From Desulfallas sp. Bu1-1 (GTDB taxonomy: Bacteria; Bacillota; Desulfotomaculia; Desulfotomaculales; Desulfallaceae): a DNA stretch of 32,000 nt. The notes under the pieces are model-generated. The model was not told the origin of the DNA. It made no database searches and saw only the letters and a program-made list of their open reading frames with translations. Location: the NCBI RefSeq assembly GCF_015594625.1, contig NZ_JADNRQ010000002.1:260563-292562 (forward strand), read 5' to 3'. Position numbers and translations under genes: made by a program. Below are positions 7,631 to 15,303 of this stretch, piece by piece (within the stretch, counting starts at the first letter, position 1; each line of letters starts with the position of its first letter).

Positions 7631-8011
7631 TCACCTTTTCGCCCTGGCCCCGGTAATAGTTACTGTTCTTTCCCGGCCGGTTCCCGGCTCGGTGTAATAA
7701 ACAGTGACACAAATATTTTTTAAATAGCCGCTGTAAACGTCATCTTCCCTGACTTCCACGGCATACTGGTAACCGTCGTATGGAGCAGCGAAAATTTTCT
7801 TTTCCTCCGGAGCAATTTCTTCATATTTGTTGCCGGAAACCTCTTCAAATTTACCCTGAGCCAGTTCCAACGCGACAAACCTTTTCCCGGCACCTTCCGA
7901 CTGGCGTGAAACAGCAACCATCGCCATGGTTGCCGGTATAACGCTAATGCCAAAAATTAAAATGGCTACTACAACCTCCATGAAAATAAAGCCGCGTTTA
8001 TCGTTCCACAA
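7631..8011 (-). CDS. prepilin-type minor pilin (PilV/GspI-like)
   Basis: TTG start preceded by GGGAGG. MWNDKRG/FIFMEVVVAILIFGISV is a prepilin motif with Glu at +5. Confidence 0.8.
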   Translation of the reverse strand: MWNDKRGFIFMEVVVAILIFGISVIPATMAMVAVSRQSEGAGKRFVALELAQGKFEEVSGNKYEEIAPEEKKIFAAPYDGYQYAVEVREDDVYSGYLKNICVTVYYTEPGTGRERTVTITGARAKR

Positions 8012-8032
8012 CAGAAATACCTCCCATTTAAA

Positions 8033-8515
8033 TTATTCGTTGCCCTCGGGAGGGTAATCACTGATTCTGGTGCGGCCGGTAACGACAGCAACTATCACGT
8101 ATTGATATTTTCCTGTTTTACGGCTTCGTAAACTGATGTGCCCGCCACTGGTGGGCATACCCTTGGGAGTGAATTTGATGATGTCGTTTTCAAAATTTGT
8201 ATAGACAATATCCACGCCGCCAGGCATGACAACTTCACGGTAAACGCCTGGTTTCGACAGGTCAATCATCCTGTACTTATCATCCCTGACATACAGGTTG
8301 ATCTGGTACGTGGAGGACTCGTCGGCCAGCGCATCCTGCCCCGTGGAGCGTATTTCCTGCTGCAACTGCCGGCAAGCAGCGTCAAGCTGGTAATCGGCCA
8401 GAAAATTATTAAATGAAGGTATGGCTATGGACATAGCGATGGTTAGAATTAAAAGAACAACTATTAACTCAATTAACGTAAATCCTTTACGGTTAAAAAT
8501 ACATGCTCCAATCAC
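8033..8515 (-). CDS. GspH/FimT-like minor pilin
   Basis: NRKG/FTLIELIVVLLILTIAMSIAIPSFNNFLADYQLDAACRQLQQEIR shows the typical FimT/GspH N-terminus. Confidence 0.8.
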   Translation of the reverse strand: MIGACIFNRKGFTLIELIVVLLILTIAMSIAIPSFNNFLADYQLDAACRQLQQEIRSTGQDALADESSTYQINLYVRDDKYRMIDLSKPGVYREVVMPGGVDIVYTNFENDIIKFTPKGMPTSGGHISLRSRKTGKYQYVIVAVVTGRTRISDYPPEGNE

Positions 8516-8595
8516 CTTTGAGTAAATTACATTTTACAGGTGTCTATACCCTTATAACTCTTTTTGCGGCAGCTTCTCTGTATCAGTGGAATTAT

Positions 8596-9105
8596 TTACT
8601 TGTAACGTATCGCCGCGCCGTTATTTACACCGGCAATTGTATCAACTATATTCAGAATCATCACTTCGGATTCAATACCATACTTTTGTTTTACGTCGTT
8701 AATTTTAAAATATAAGATTTTGCCCTCAGCTTTAGGTTGAAAAACTAATTCAAAACCACCGGTGGTGATATGGTTAATAATCTTTGAACCATCTTTATTT
8801 CTAAACTCAATAAAGCCATCATCATTAATAAAAATGTAATTGTCCTGATTAGTTATGGTTTCCGGAATAGCATCATTCTCATCTAAAATTTCCAGCTCAG
8901 CAGCATAGCGAACCTGCCTGGTTATAAAATCCGCTGCCAGTCTTATATCCTGCTGAACATTTGATTGGCTTTCTCCAATTGTGAAAGATGTCGTGCCGAA
9001 GTAAAAAAAAGAATACCCCACCCCCAAAACGACAGCCAAAAGGGCAAGGACAATCAGGAGTTCAACTAAACTAACACCTCGCTTGTCATAAGTTATTTTT
9101 AAAAT
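8596..9105 (-). CDS. prepilin-type minor pilin; no canonical start codon upstream of the prepilin motif
   Basis: The frame is open from 9111. It reads I N I L K I T Y D K R G/V S L V E L L I V L A L L A V V L G, and AAGGAG lies at 9115-9120. Only ATT (9111, 9105) or ATA (9096) codons are available before the Gly. The TTG start at 9039 in the ORF track would delete the prepilin motif. Confidence 0.7.
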   Translation of the reverse strand: MLKITYDKRGVSLVELLIVLALLAVVLGVGYSFFYFGTTSFTIGESQSNVQQDIRLAADFITRQVRYAAELEILDENDAIPETITNQDNYIFINDDGFIEFRNKDGSKIINHITTGGFELVFQPKAEGKILYFKINDVKQKYGIESEVMILNIVDTIAGVNNGAAIRYK

Positions 9106-9131
9106 ATTAATCTACTCCTTCACCGAAATGG

Positions 9132-9476
9132 TTATTGATTGGGTACGAATGAAGTTATGGTTACCGTCCGTTCATTTCCGTTACTGTCAGTGTAAGTTTG
9201 GTCACATATCACAAATTTTCCTGTTACAGTTATAGGATCGGTGAGGGATGGAAAACTTATTGATATTGTGCCATCTGTAACATTATTGCCACTTTTATTA
9301 ATAATTGCATTTTCCATTTCCTTTTGTACCTTATATAGAGCCTCGCTCTTACGCCCGGCGGAAAAAATGCCCGAAAAGCCGGCAGAAAAAAGAGTTGTAA
9401 AAGTAAAAACAATTATTACTAATATAGATATTGCTACAAGGACCTCTAATATCGAAAAACCTTTTTTATTGTTCAT
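9132..9476 (-). CDS. prepilin-type minor pilin
   Basis: MNNKKG/FSILEVLVAISILVIIVF is a class III signal peptide. AGGTGG lies upstream. Confidence 0.85.
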   Translation of the reverse strand: MNNKKGFSILEVLVAISILVIIVFTFTTLFSAGFSGIFSAGRKSEALYKVQKEMENAIINKSGNNVTDGTISISFPSLTDPITVTGKFVICDQTYTDSNGNERTVTITSFVPNQ

Positions 9477-9685
9477 TTAACCACCTGGCCTTCAATTTCC
9501 TTCATAACACTCCATCAGACCACCGGCCCCTTTTGAAACCTATTATAGTTGAAATAATATCAACGTTATTAGGAAGCCTATAAAATATTTTTTAATAAAG
9601 CCTTAATTCCTTGCCCAACTACAAGTTACTCAACACCTGAGCACTGGATTTCATACTAACGACCCCTTACATAATTACAATTTTT

Positions 9686-10810
9686 TTATTCTTCTAGCCA
9701 GGTACCTTTTTCATACGCTAATACTGGGAGGTTTTCCGAACTGTAGTATTTATGTATTATCTCTATGTTCCCCGGTCCTCCACATTTATAATTTTTCGCA
9801 ATAAAGGCACCCACATACGTACCATTTCCGCTAAAATCAATAGTAGCACCGGGGGCATAAATAGCTCCCTCAAATCGAATCTTATCTTCCTTAGATTCAC
9901 CCCCACCTCCCACAAACTTAATTTTACCGCCTTCTTTTACAAAAATGTAAAGCGATGCGTTATCATTTATTTGGAATTCAGCATTACCCTTTAAATCAAG
10001 TGTATCGTTCACAAATAACATCAATCTACCTTTTCCTTCTAGTTTGATTATTCCATTGCCGCTCACGTTAAATGTATCTACCATAATTTTTAAATCATTA
10101 TTATCCATTCTAAAAGTCAGCTCATCATTTCCCTGGAGATTGATCCTGTCATACATGCCATTGCTGCTAATCGGTTTTTCATCAGTATTCTGCTTATTTC
10201 CTTTTCCATTTTCATCAGGTATGGAACCTTTATACTCGAGACCTGTTGGGAATGATGCCGGGGGATAAAACATATTTGAATATGGGTATATTCCATATTT
10301 TTCCCAATCGAATTCAACGTTCTTATTAATCGTGATACCGGCATTGGCTCCCAAATCACCTTCAATACCGGCAGATCCGCTATTGATCACAATGTTATCT
10401 TCACTGCTCGCAGAAAACAAAGCCCATTTTTTAAATATATCCATTCTCTTCAGAGTAAGGGTCACGCTTTGATTGACATCGTTTACTTTGCCTGTGGATT
10501 TAATCGAGATGTTATCTGTATCTCCGGCAACATCCACTTCAAACGTACCCCTGCCAAGACTAGCGGGGTCTGATTTTGGAGCATTGATTAAATCAATTGC
10601 CTCACCGGGATGTTTGATTATCCATTCAGCAATAGCCTCTGCTCCGGACCGAGCAATATAGTAGGCCTGCATTCTTTTCTCATCCCTTGAAACCTGCAAA
10701 GCGTCTGATACGCTGTACTGCAACAGGGTTGTTCCCAGCAACATTAAAACAACCATAATTACAAGAACCAGCGGCACAGCTAATCCTCTTTCATCGATTA
10801 CGATTTTCAT
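9686..10810 (-). CDS. PilX-N-like large minor pilin / pilus-associated protein, low-GC paralog of 5935-7119
   Basis: Hydrophobic N-terminus LAVPLVLVIMVVLMLLGTTLL, then QAYYIARSGAEAIAEWI. The C-terminus is rich in short beta-strand repeats (GNG, GGGG, IDFSGNGTYVG). GGAGGA lies 5 nt upstream of the ATG. Confidence 0.65.
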   Translation of the reverse strand: MKIVIDERGLAVPLVLVIMVVLMLLGTTLLQYSVSDALQVSRDEKRMQAYYIARSGAEAIAEWIIKHPGEAIDLINAPKSDPASLGRGTFEVDVAGDTDNISIKSTGKVNDVNQSVTLTLKRMDIFKKWALFSASSEDNIVINSGSAGIEGDLGANAGITINKNVEFDWEKYGIYPYSNMFYPPASFPTGLEYKGSIPDENGKGNKQNTDEKPISSNGMYDRINLQGNDELTFRMDNNDLKIMVDTFNVSGNGIIKLEGKGRLMLFVNDTLDLKGNAEFQINDNASLYIFVKEGGKIKFVGGGGESKEDKIRFEGAIYAPGATIDFSGNGTYVGAFIAKNYKCGGPGNIEIIHKYYSSENLPVLAYEKGTWLEE

Positions 10811-10915
10811 ATACTTCCTCCAATCGAATGCAGGGAACTATCATCATCCAGTATCCTCAGCTTAGCCTGAACGTTATAATAAAATGCTCCGTAAGGTTTA
10901 ATTATGCCGGCTATG

Positions 10916-11146
10916 TGGTTCGTTTTCCTTATATTTCTCCTACCCGCCGGGCATAACTACATCTTTATATTCCCCGAGCCAGGCCAGGTCAATCACCCGG
11001 CACATGTCCGAGTCGAGACATAAACGGAATTGATAGCCGGCGGATTCCTCAGCCAGCGCATCCTGCCCAAGGAAGCGTATGTCCTGCTACAGTTGCCCGC
11101 AGGCTGAACCAGACGGGTAGTCTAATAAGTAATTATTAAGCGCTGA
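10916..11146 (-). pseudogene. decayed, N-terminally truncated fimT/gspH-like minor pilin gene
   Basis: The minus frame gives SALNNYLLDYPSGSACGQL*QDIRFLGQDALAEESAGYQFRLCLDSDMCRVIDLAWLGEYKDVVMPGG*EKYKENE. This aligns residue for residue with PSFNNFLADYQLDAACRQLQQEIRSTGQDALADESSTYQINLYVRDDKYRMIDLSKPGVYREVVMPGG of the 8033-8515 gene. It has two in-frame stops and no prepilin leader. Similarity is also visible at the nucleotide level. Confidence 0.8.
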
Positions 11147-11148
11147 AT

Positions 11149-12507
11149 TTATTGAATGTGGTTGGAATTTTCCCCGGCCAGCCGCCAGCAGTTTCTGCCT
11201 TCCCGCTTGGCCCTGTAAAGGGCTTGGTCCGCAAGATCGACCAGCTCCGCGGCTTCGCCGGCGTGCGCCGGAAAGCTGGCGCCGCCGAGGCTGATGGTCA
11301 ACCTTCCCCCGGGCTGGCGCTCCCCGTTGGGAAAAGGATATTCCTCCACCGCCCGGCGGGTGTTTTCCATCACTTGCACCAATCCTTCCGGCCCGGTGTT
11401 GGGGAGGATCACCAGGAATTCCTCGCCGCCGTACCTGGCGATGATGTCGGATTGCCTGAGCGTCGCGGCAAGTATTTTTCCGAGGGTTTTCAGCACCATG
11501 TCCCCCGCGGGGTGCCCGTTAGTGTCGTTATAATGTTTGAAGTGATCCACATCCAACATAATTACGGACAGAGGCGACTCGCTGCTGGCAGCGTCCATTA
11601 TTTCCCGTTTCAGGGCGTATTCCATGTACCTCCGGTTATACAAACCCGTAAGAGGATCCCTGCTAACCTCGCTGGCAAGCACGGCCAGCTGTTTTTTGCG
11701 CTTTAATATATTATCGATTTTAAGCAACAACTCCCGGCGATCAACAGGTTTAGTGATAAAATCATCTGCCCCGTGCCGGAGGCTGTTAAGCTTGTCCTCC
11801 TGGTCGTTCAAAGTAGTGATGACGATAACCGGCACCCCGGAAGTAGCCGGCGTCGACTTGATACGGCGGCAGACCTCAAAACCGTCCATGCCGGGCAGGA
11901 CCAGGTCCAGCAGCACCAGGTCGGGAACGTGTTCCAGAGCAAGTTTTAAAGCTTCGTGCCCGTTGGTGGCGGTAATGATATCCATATCCCGGCCTTCCAG
12001 GTACCGCAGCAATACTTTCATCTGTAAGGGACTGTCTTCCACCACGAGAACCAGCGGTTTATCTTTAAGTGACTCAACCGGTTTCTCAGCGCTACTCTCA
12101 GCCCGCTTCCCGCTTGCCATCAGGGAATTTATAGCTTCGGCAAGCTTACCGGGGCAAACGGGTTTGCTGACGGTCTCACCGGCAGACAATGCCTGCAACG
12201 GCGACACCTGACGTAAATCCTTCGCATCTTCGACAGTAATGACTAGGACGGAGGGGGGCGGCGAAGCGTTCTCCACCAGCCGGGCCAACGCTTCCATTTC
12301 CGTCTTGTCGCCGGGTGAATCCACAATCAGTATGTCGGGCGGCGTACAGGCAATTACCCGGGCTAAAGCTGTCAGTTTGCCGGCCACCTGTAGACAAAAC
12401 AAATTGTAGTCCAGGGACCTGGCCACGGTTTCAATAGTGGTGATATCAGAACTGTAGAGAGCAATACACCCGGTCATTTCTTTGATTTCCATACGCTCAC
12501 CATGCAT
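11149..12507 (-). CDS. response regulator diguanylate cyclase (degenerate REC, canonical REC, GGDEF), PleD-like
   Basis: The second REC has VVEDSP, DLVLLDLVLPGMDG, VIVITT and FITKP. The GGDEF domain has DPLTGLYNRR, MLDVDHFKHYND and RQSDIIARYGGEEF, i.e. GGEEF with an RxxD I-site 5 residues upstream. Confidence 0.9.
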   Translation of the reverse strand: MHGERMEIKEMTGCIALYSSDITTIETVARSLDYNLFCLQVAGKLTALARVIACTPPDILIVDSPGDKTEMEALARLVENASPPPSVLVITVEDAKDLRQVSPLQALSAGETVSKPVCPGKLAEAINSLMASGKRAESSAEKPVESLKDKPLVLVVEDSPLQMKVLLRYLEGRDMDIITATNGHEALKLALEHVPDLVLLDLVLPGMDGFEVCRRIKSTPATSGVPVIVITTLNDQEDKLNSLRHGADDFITKPVDRRELLLKIDNILKRKKQLAVLASEVSRDPLTGLYNRRYMEYALKREIMDAASSESPLSVIMLDVDHFKHYNDTNGHPAGDMVLKTLGKILAATLRQSDIIARYGGEEFLVILPNTGPEGLVQVMENTRRAVEEYPFPNGERQPGGRLTISLGGASFPAHAGEAAELVDLADQALYRAKREGRNCWRLAGENSNHIQ

Positions 12508-12558
12508 ATTTCATTATAGGCATACAAAACCCGGTTTGGGGCTTGCTCCGCAAGGACA

Positions 12559-12654
12559 ATCTTTTCCCCGGCATCCTGCGTTAGCCGGGTAGCAGGCGCC
12601 GCGCCCGGTGACGGTCAACCAATCCCCGGGCGCCCACACTGCCGGGGAAAAGAT
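12559..12654. repeat. perfect 15-bp inverted repeat enclosing a GC-rich nested hairpin
   Basis: ATCTTTTCCCCGGCA (12559-12573) and TGCCGGGGAAAAGAT (12640-12654) are exact reverse complements. An inner stem pairs GCGCCCGG (12601-12608) with CCGGGCGC (12626-12633). The element lies in the pilA to response-regulator intergenic region. Confidence 0.85.
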
Positions 12655-12851
12655 GCAATGTAGAAGGGGGAGTACGAATGTACATATGCACCGTACTCCC
12701 TCGAAAAAAAGACACAACATTCCAAATGCGATCCATAGCAACGTAAGCTTGTAACTTCCTCTAACAATAAGTTAACAAAGCACCGTAGCTTGTAGCTTGT
12801 TCTGGCATTTTAGTTTGTTTTTGCGACAACCAAGAACCGTCCCCTGTCGCA

Positions 12852-13250
12852 TTATACCCCTTGGGGGACATAGTGATTTGTCCAATCACCTACTGGACCA
12901 ATGGTAGGCCGGTCCCCATCATCTGAAGTATTTAATTCATAGTTTCCCTCACCGGCACCTTCTAACCCACAACCTTCAGGTATTACCATAGATGAAGCAC
13001 CCTGTACATAATCATCAAGATCACTTAGGTCATCTGGCCATTCGCCTTCTACTGCTCTATATTGGTCTATTGCTCCATCAAGTATGCGCAAATTAGCATC
13101 ATGTGCCCTCTGTGCAGCCCCTCTGGTAGTACTATTATAAATCGGCACCGCAATCGCAACCAAAATACCAATGATAACCACAACCACCATCAGTTCCACC
13201 AAAGTAAAGCCCTTCTGGTTCTTCATCTGGCGGCACAGTTTGTAAAACAT
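12852..13250 (-). CDS. pilA: type IV major pilin
   Basis: MFYKLCRQMKNQKG/FTLVELMVVVVIIGILVAIAVPIY is a canonical prepilin motif. A strong RBS, GGAAAGGAGGTG, lies 8 nt upstream. Confidence 0.9.
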   Translation of the reverse strand: MFYKLCRQMKNQKGFTLVELMVVVVIIGILVAIAVPIYNSTTRGAAQRAHDANLRILDGAIDQYRAVEGEWPDDLSDLDDYVQGASSMVIPEGCGLEGAGEGNYELNTSDDGDRPTIGPVGDWTNHYVPQGV

Positions 13251-13305
13251 AGCTTTTTCACCTCCTTTCCGTCATATTTAAAAATGCCATTTTTTTCTTA
13301 ATAAC

Positions 13306-13314
13306 ACTATACCA
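13306..13314 (-). promoter_or_regulatory. candidate extended -10 element for pilA (TGgTATAGT)
   Basis: The minus strand reads ttgtTGgTATAGTgtt about 55 nt upstream of the pilA ATG. No good -35 is present. Confidence 0.3.
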
Positions 13315-13359
13315 ACAAAAATCATTTTGAGACACTTATCAAAATAATTGATCAAGTCG

Positions 13360-14040
13360 CTATTTTATCGAACCTTTAGCGGTAAGGATGATAATCCGGC
13401 CGTCCTTGTCCAGGGTTACCCGGCCCCCGGCCGGGTTAATGTTCAGCACCCGGTACCCGTTAAAGGATTCACCTTCCCTGACGTCGTAAAAGTTATCCTG
13501 GTGGCTGAAATAAGCATGATTCTCGCCGTTTTCAATGTAAGTGGTGACAAGTTCGGGGCCGCCGGCAACCGGCATGCGGTCCTCCGGTACTATAGCAGGA
13601 GAATCACCGTTACCAGTTGTTTCCCCTGCTGTTTTTGTGGAATTTTCCGAAGCGTAAGCCACTACCAAGGGCTCAAAGGGATCGCGCCACGAACCGCTTT
13701 TCGGCTTTTCCACCGGTCCGGGCCCTGCGGGCGGGGACGCCGCCGCAACCCCGGTTACCGGCGTGCCTGGCGCTGCGCCGGTAACCACCGGCGCCTGTAC
13801 AAGCGGGTTAAAGGGGTCCTGTTCCGGTTTAACTAGATTTTGTTTTTCTGTGCCTTTGCCATTTTCTGCGGCGGATTGATTGATACTGTAAGCACCCGTT
13901 TCACCAGCCGCGGCGAGGACAGCCGGCGGTTTTCTCAAGTCACTGCCGCAGCCTGCGGCGGCCATTGCCGGAATGACGCACAGCAGGCTTAAAACAATTG
14001 TCTGCAACAATATTTTTCTGCGGCAGGTATCCCCGGTCAT
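13360..14040 (-). CDS. probable lipoprotein with Pro-rich linker, PilP-like C-terminal domain
   Basis: Signal peptide KILLQTIVLSLLCVIPAMAAAGC (lipobox-like), then a Pro/Ala/Gly-rich linker. The C-terminus reads FYDVREGESFNGYRVLNINPAGGRVTLDKDGRIIIL. An ATGA overlap links it to pilO. Confidence 0.6.
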   Translation of the reverse strand: MTGDTCRRKILLQTIVLSLLCVIPAMAAAGCGSDLRKPPAVLAAAGETGAYSINQSAAENGKGTEKQNLVKPEQDPFNPLVQAPVVTGAAPGTPVTGVAAASPPAGPGPVEKPKSGSWRDPFEPLVVAYASENSTKTAGETTGNGDSPAIVPEDRMPVAGGPELVTTYIENGENHAYFSHQDNFYDVREGESFNGYRVLNINPAGGRVTLDKDGRIIILTAKGSIK

Positions 14041-14603
14041 TTTACCTCACCTGCCTTGCCCGGAGGCTGAGCTTCCGAGTAAAAAGCGCTGGCGGCAATC
14101 TCGGCCTTAATCTGGGGGAGTTCCTCACGACCCTTGCCGATTTTGATATTATCAATGCGCAATGCCCTCGGCCCGTCCTGCAGGTCCGCCAGCAGGTCAA
14201 GCAGTGCGTGGTAGCGCCCCTCGAAAGTGATCCTGAAAGGCATCTCTACATAATCCTGTTTTTTTACACGCTGCTCAAAGCGGACCTGTAAAAAGTGCAT
14301 GCCTGATTTTTGAGCAATGTTAGTAATATCTGTAATCAACATATCTTCGGCTGGTTCCGCAGGTAGAACTTTATTATATAACGCCAGCTGTTCCTGCAAA
14401 CCAGCGGACCGCTCTTTGACGCGCGTCAATTCCCGAAGGCGTGCCCGGGCGCTTTCAACGGCCGCCTGTTCAGTGGCCGCCATGTCCCTGGCTGCTTTAA
14501 AAGCGGTGACCTGGTTATACATCAGAAAAGTTATTAGTCCCAATATTGCAAACCCCAAAGCCCCCCATAGAAGGGTGCGGTTTTTCTTTTCCGCCAAAAT
14601 CAC
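14037..14603 (-). CDS. pilO: type IV pilus assembly protein PilO
   Basis: Single N-terminal TM, a coiled-coil, then a ferredoxin-like C-terminus (MPFRITFEGRYHALLDLLADLQ). It sits immediately after pilN. Confidence 0.8.
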   Translation of the reverse strand: MILAEKKNRTLLWGALGFAILGLITFLMYNQVTAFKAARDMAATEQAAVESARARLRELTRVKERSAGLQEQLALYNKVLPAEPAEDMLITDITNIAQKSGMHFLQVRFEQRVKKQDYVEMPFRITFEGRYHALLDLLADLQDGPRALRIDNIKIGKGREELPQIKAEIAASAFYSEAQPPGKAGEVK

Positions 14604-15299
14604 TTACCCGCCTTTCCTTCCAACCGGGTGATAAGCCGGTCCCGGCAGCAGCGCAGCCTTGATTTCAAACTGAATCATGGGCTGTTCCAAAAGGTTTTCC
14701 TCGGAAGAGAACTGGCAGCGGATATCAGCCAGCCCTGGAACACGCTGTAAATCTTTCAGCCACTGGGCCACTGCCAAGTGGTCGAAGGCCCAGCCGCGGA
14801 TAACCAGCTCTCCGGCTGAAGTGTCAGGTGAAGATTGCGCCGGTTCGTTTAACAATTGTTGCTGCCCCTCCGACGATTCCCGGGGATTGTCCCCGCCTTG
14901 ACCTGCCGGGGCTTTATTGCTTTCGTCAACCTTATATGTAGCTGATAAATCCGTCAGCCATATGTTTACGGGCATGTCCAGCCCGATACCGGCCAAAACC
15001 CTTGCCCAGTCCGGAGGCGTTCCCACGGCCCGGCGCACAAGACTGCCGGTTCGCGTCACCTGATCCTGAATCCCGGCATATTGCTCGAGGGACTGAATTT
15101 TACTCTCCAAAGCTTCACGTTCCCGCTGCAACCTGGCAACCTCGGCCCGCGCCTTGATGGTATTGATGGTCAGCGCGCTGTAGGCGCCGGCTACAATTGC
15201 CAGTACCAAAGCACAGGCCACCAGCAACAGGTGCATCCTTCTCTGCTGCTCCTGCCGGGCTAAAATTTCCGGGGGTAATAAATTAATGCTTACAGGCAT
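14604..15299 (-). CDS. pilN: type IV pilus assembly protein PilN
   Basis: MPVSINLLPPEILARQEQQRR is the conserved PilN N-terminus that binds PilM. It is followed by a TM and a coiled-coil. Confidence 0.85.
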   Translation of the reverse strand: MPVSINLLPPEILARQEQQRRMHLLLVACALVLAIVAGAYSALTINTIKARAEVARLQREREALESKIQSLEQYAGIQDQVTRTGSLVRRAVGTPPDWARVLAGIGLDMPVNIWLTDLSATYKVDESNKAPAGQGGDNPRESSEGQQQLLNEPAQSSPDTSAGELVIRGWAFDHLAVAQWLKDLQRVPGLADIRCQFSSEENLLEQPMIQFEIKAALLPGPAYHPVGRKGG

Positions 15300-15303
15300 A
15301 CCT

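Noticed and set aside
9477-9685. 209-nt AT-rich gap inside minor-pilin set A as a possible small gene or sRNA
   Set aside because: Only ORFs of 11 codons or fewer are present. I found no convincing promoter (TTGATA and TATAAT are only 10 nt apart) and no stable hairpin. I leave it as unexplained spacer.
11152-12211. Plus-strand ORFs of 184, 79 and 195 aa
   Set aside because: They are antisense to the well-supported REC-REC-GGDEF gene and their translations are low-complexity Pro/Arg/Ser-rich. These are shadow ORFs.
12559-12654. Second c-di-GMP riboswitch upstream of the cyclase gene
   Set aside because: It contains ACGCAGGAUGCC, faintly like the GEMM core. It lacks GGCAAAC, a GNRA tetraloop hairpin and a receptor, and does not resemble c-di-GMP-II as I recall it. 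I report it only as an unexplained structured element.
12514-12741. 75-aa minus-strand ORF in the pilA to regulator gap
   Set aside because: It is Cys/Gly-rich, has no RBS, and overlaps the long inverted repeat. The region is better explained as structured non-coding RNA or DNA.
13260-13300. Sigma-54 promoter for pilA (TGGCAT...)
   Set aside because: A TGGCA is present, but the -12 GC element at the required spacing is absent (TA instead of GC). No enhancer-binding protein gene lies nearby.
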